A stretch of DNA of 47,977 bases, from the IMG/VR virus record IMGVR_UViG_3300031555_001743, one strand, 5' to 3'. This document shows, in pieces, positions 47,655 through 47,977 of this stretch. Below the pieces are notes generated by a model. The model did not search any database. It was not told where the DNA came from and saw only the letters and a list, made by a program, of their open reading frames with translations. The translations under genes and the position numbers were made by a program. Each line of letters starts with the position of its first letter. The first letter of the stretch is position 1. Origin of the DNA: a virus.

Positions 47655-47876
47655 TTACGCTCCATCTTCCCAATCTGGATACGTTATCTCGTTAATTGTC
47701 ACGCCTAATCGGTCAGATATCAGCCATAGCGTTTCTGCTGTGAAACTGTCTCTGCTATTGGCCTGATATAATGCATTCGGGTTTATTCCGCATTCCCTCG
47801 CAAGCTGTTTTAGCGTCTTGATGCCGTTTCGCTTCATAGCGATTTTTAGCTGTGGCTTGTTAAATTTAACTTTCAT
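47655..47876 (-). CDS. XRE-family HTH regulator (73 aa)
   Basis: IKTLKQLARECGINPNALYQANS HTH; GGAGA SD. Spans the circular junction region. Confidence 0.7.
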   Translation of the reverse strand: MKVKFNKPQLKIAMKRNGIKTLKQLARECGINPNALYQANSRDSFTAETLWLISDRLGVTINEITYPDWEDGA

Positions 47877-47977
47877 ACACTATCTCCGCTGACGGTCCTT
47901 TGCCTACTGTCTCGCAGCTGACTGTGCATATCATCGTTATGATCATTGCCATTGCAAATAATACCTTCTTCATCCTT
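47851..47977. repeat. Terminal direct repeat copy 2 (identical to 1-127)
   Basis: Exact 127-bp identity with the left end. Confidence 0.9.

Noticed and set aside
47851-47977. 127-bp direct terminal repeat as a biological DTR or LTR of a mobile element
   Set aside because: The length equals a standard maximal assembler k-mer and a gene reads through the junction. It is most simply a circularisation overlap. Only read-level data could show otherwise.

Overview
The window is a complete temperate siphovirus-type phage genome, probably of a Firmicutes/Clostridia host (inferred from protein families, SD sequences and sigma-A-type promoters). Bases 1-127 are identical to 47851-47977, so the contig closes into a 47,850-bp circle. 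Almost all genes are on the minus strand. Only a three-gene lysogeny module is on the plus strand: CI-like repressor, lipoprotein and tyrosine integrase (18053-20413). Reading in the direction of minus-strand transcription, the layout is as follows. (1) A Cro-like gene at 17877, then an early/replication region running down to about 850. It holds a split PAPS-reductase-like gene, a Gp157/Sak4/DUF669-SSB recombination module, a VirE-type primase-helicase, an iteron-rich putative origin, an SF2 helicase, a VRR-NUC nuclease, an SNF2 helicase, two DNA methyltransferase-like genes, an Mrr-cat mini-nuclease, a MazG-like gene and many small zinc-ribbon proteins. (2) Five unannotated micro-ORFs at 16-849. 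(3) Across the circular junction, a small HTH gene, a near-consensus promoter with a ~440-nt structured leader, then HNH-TerS-TerL-portal-MuF. (4) Head genes, interrupted by a free-standing NUMOD4/HNH homing endonuclease cassette. (5) Tail genes, with a -1 frameshift in the chaperone, a tape measure, Dit and an unusually extended Tal. (6) Fibre-like genes and a split lysis cassette. (7) An eight-gene cargo cassette of unknown function (20638-24307) next to attP. attP carries the 3' end of a tRNA flanked by TTAGACAC arm-type repeats. I found no intact tRNA, rRNA or CRISPR array. The best candidate for something undescribed is the attP-proximal cargo cassette. It encodes low-complexity, Gly-rich membrane, Cys-rich and TNF/BclA-C-terminal-like proteins, and contains an orphan promoter-terminator pair that would make a ~58-nt sRNA. 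Other items worth follow-up are a MuF protein fused to an anthrax-lethal-factor-like HEFGH zincin domain, a Tal ORF with a ~465-aa N-terminal extension, and the structured leader upstream of the packaging genes. All product calls rest on motif recognition and synteny from memory; no database search was run.
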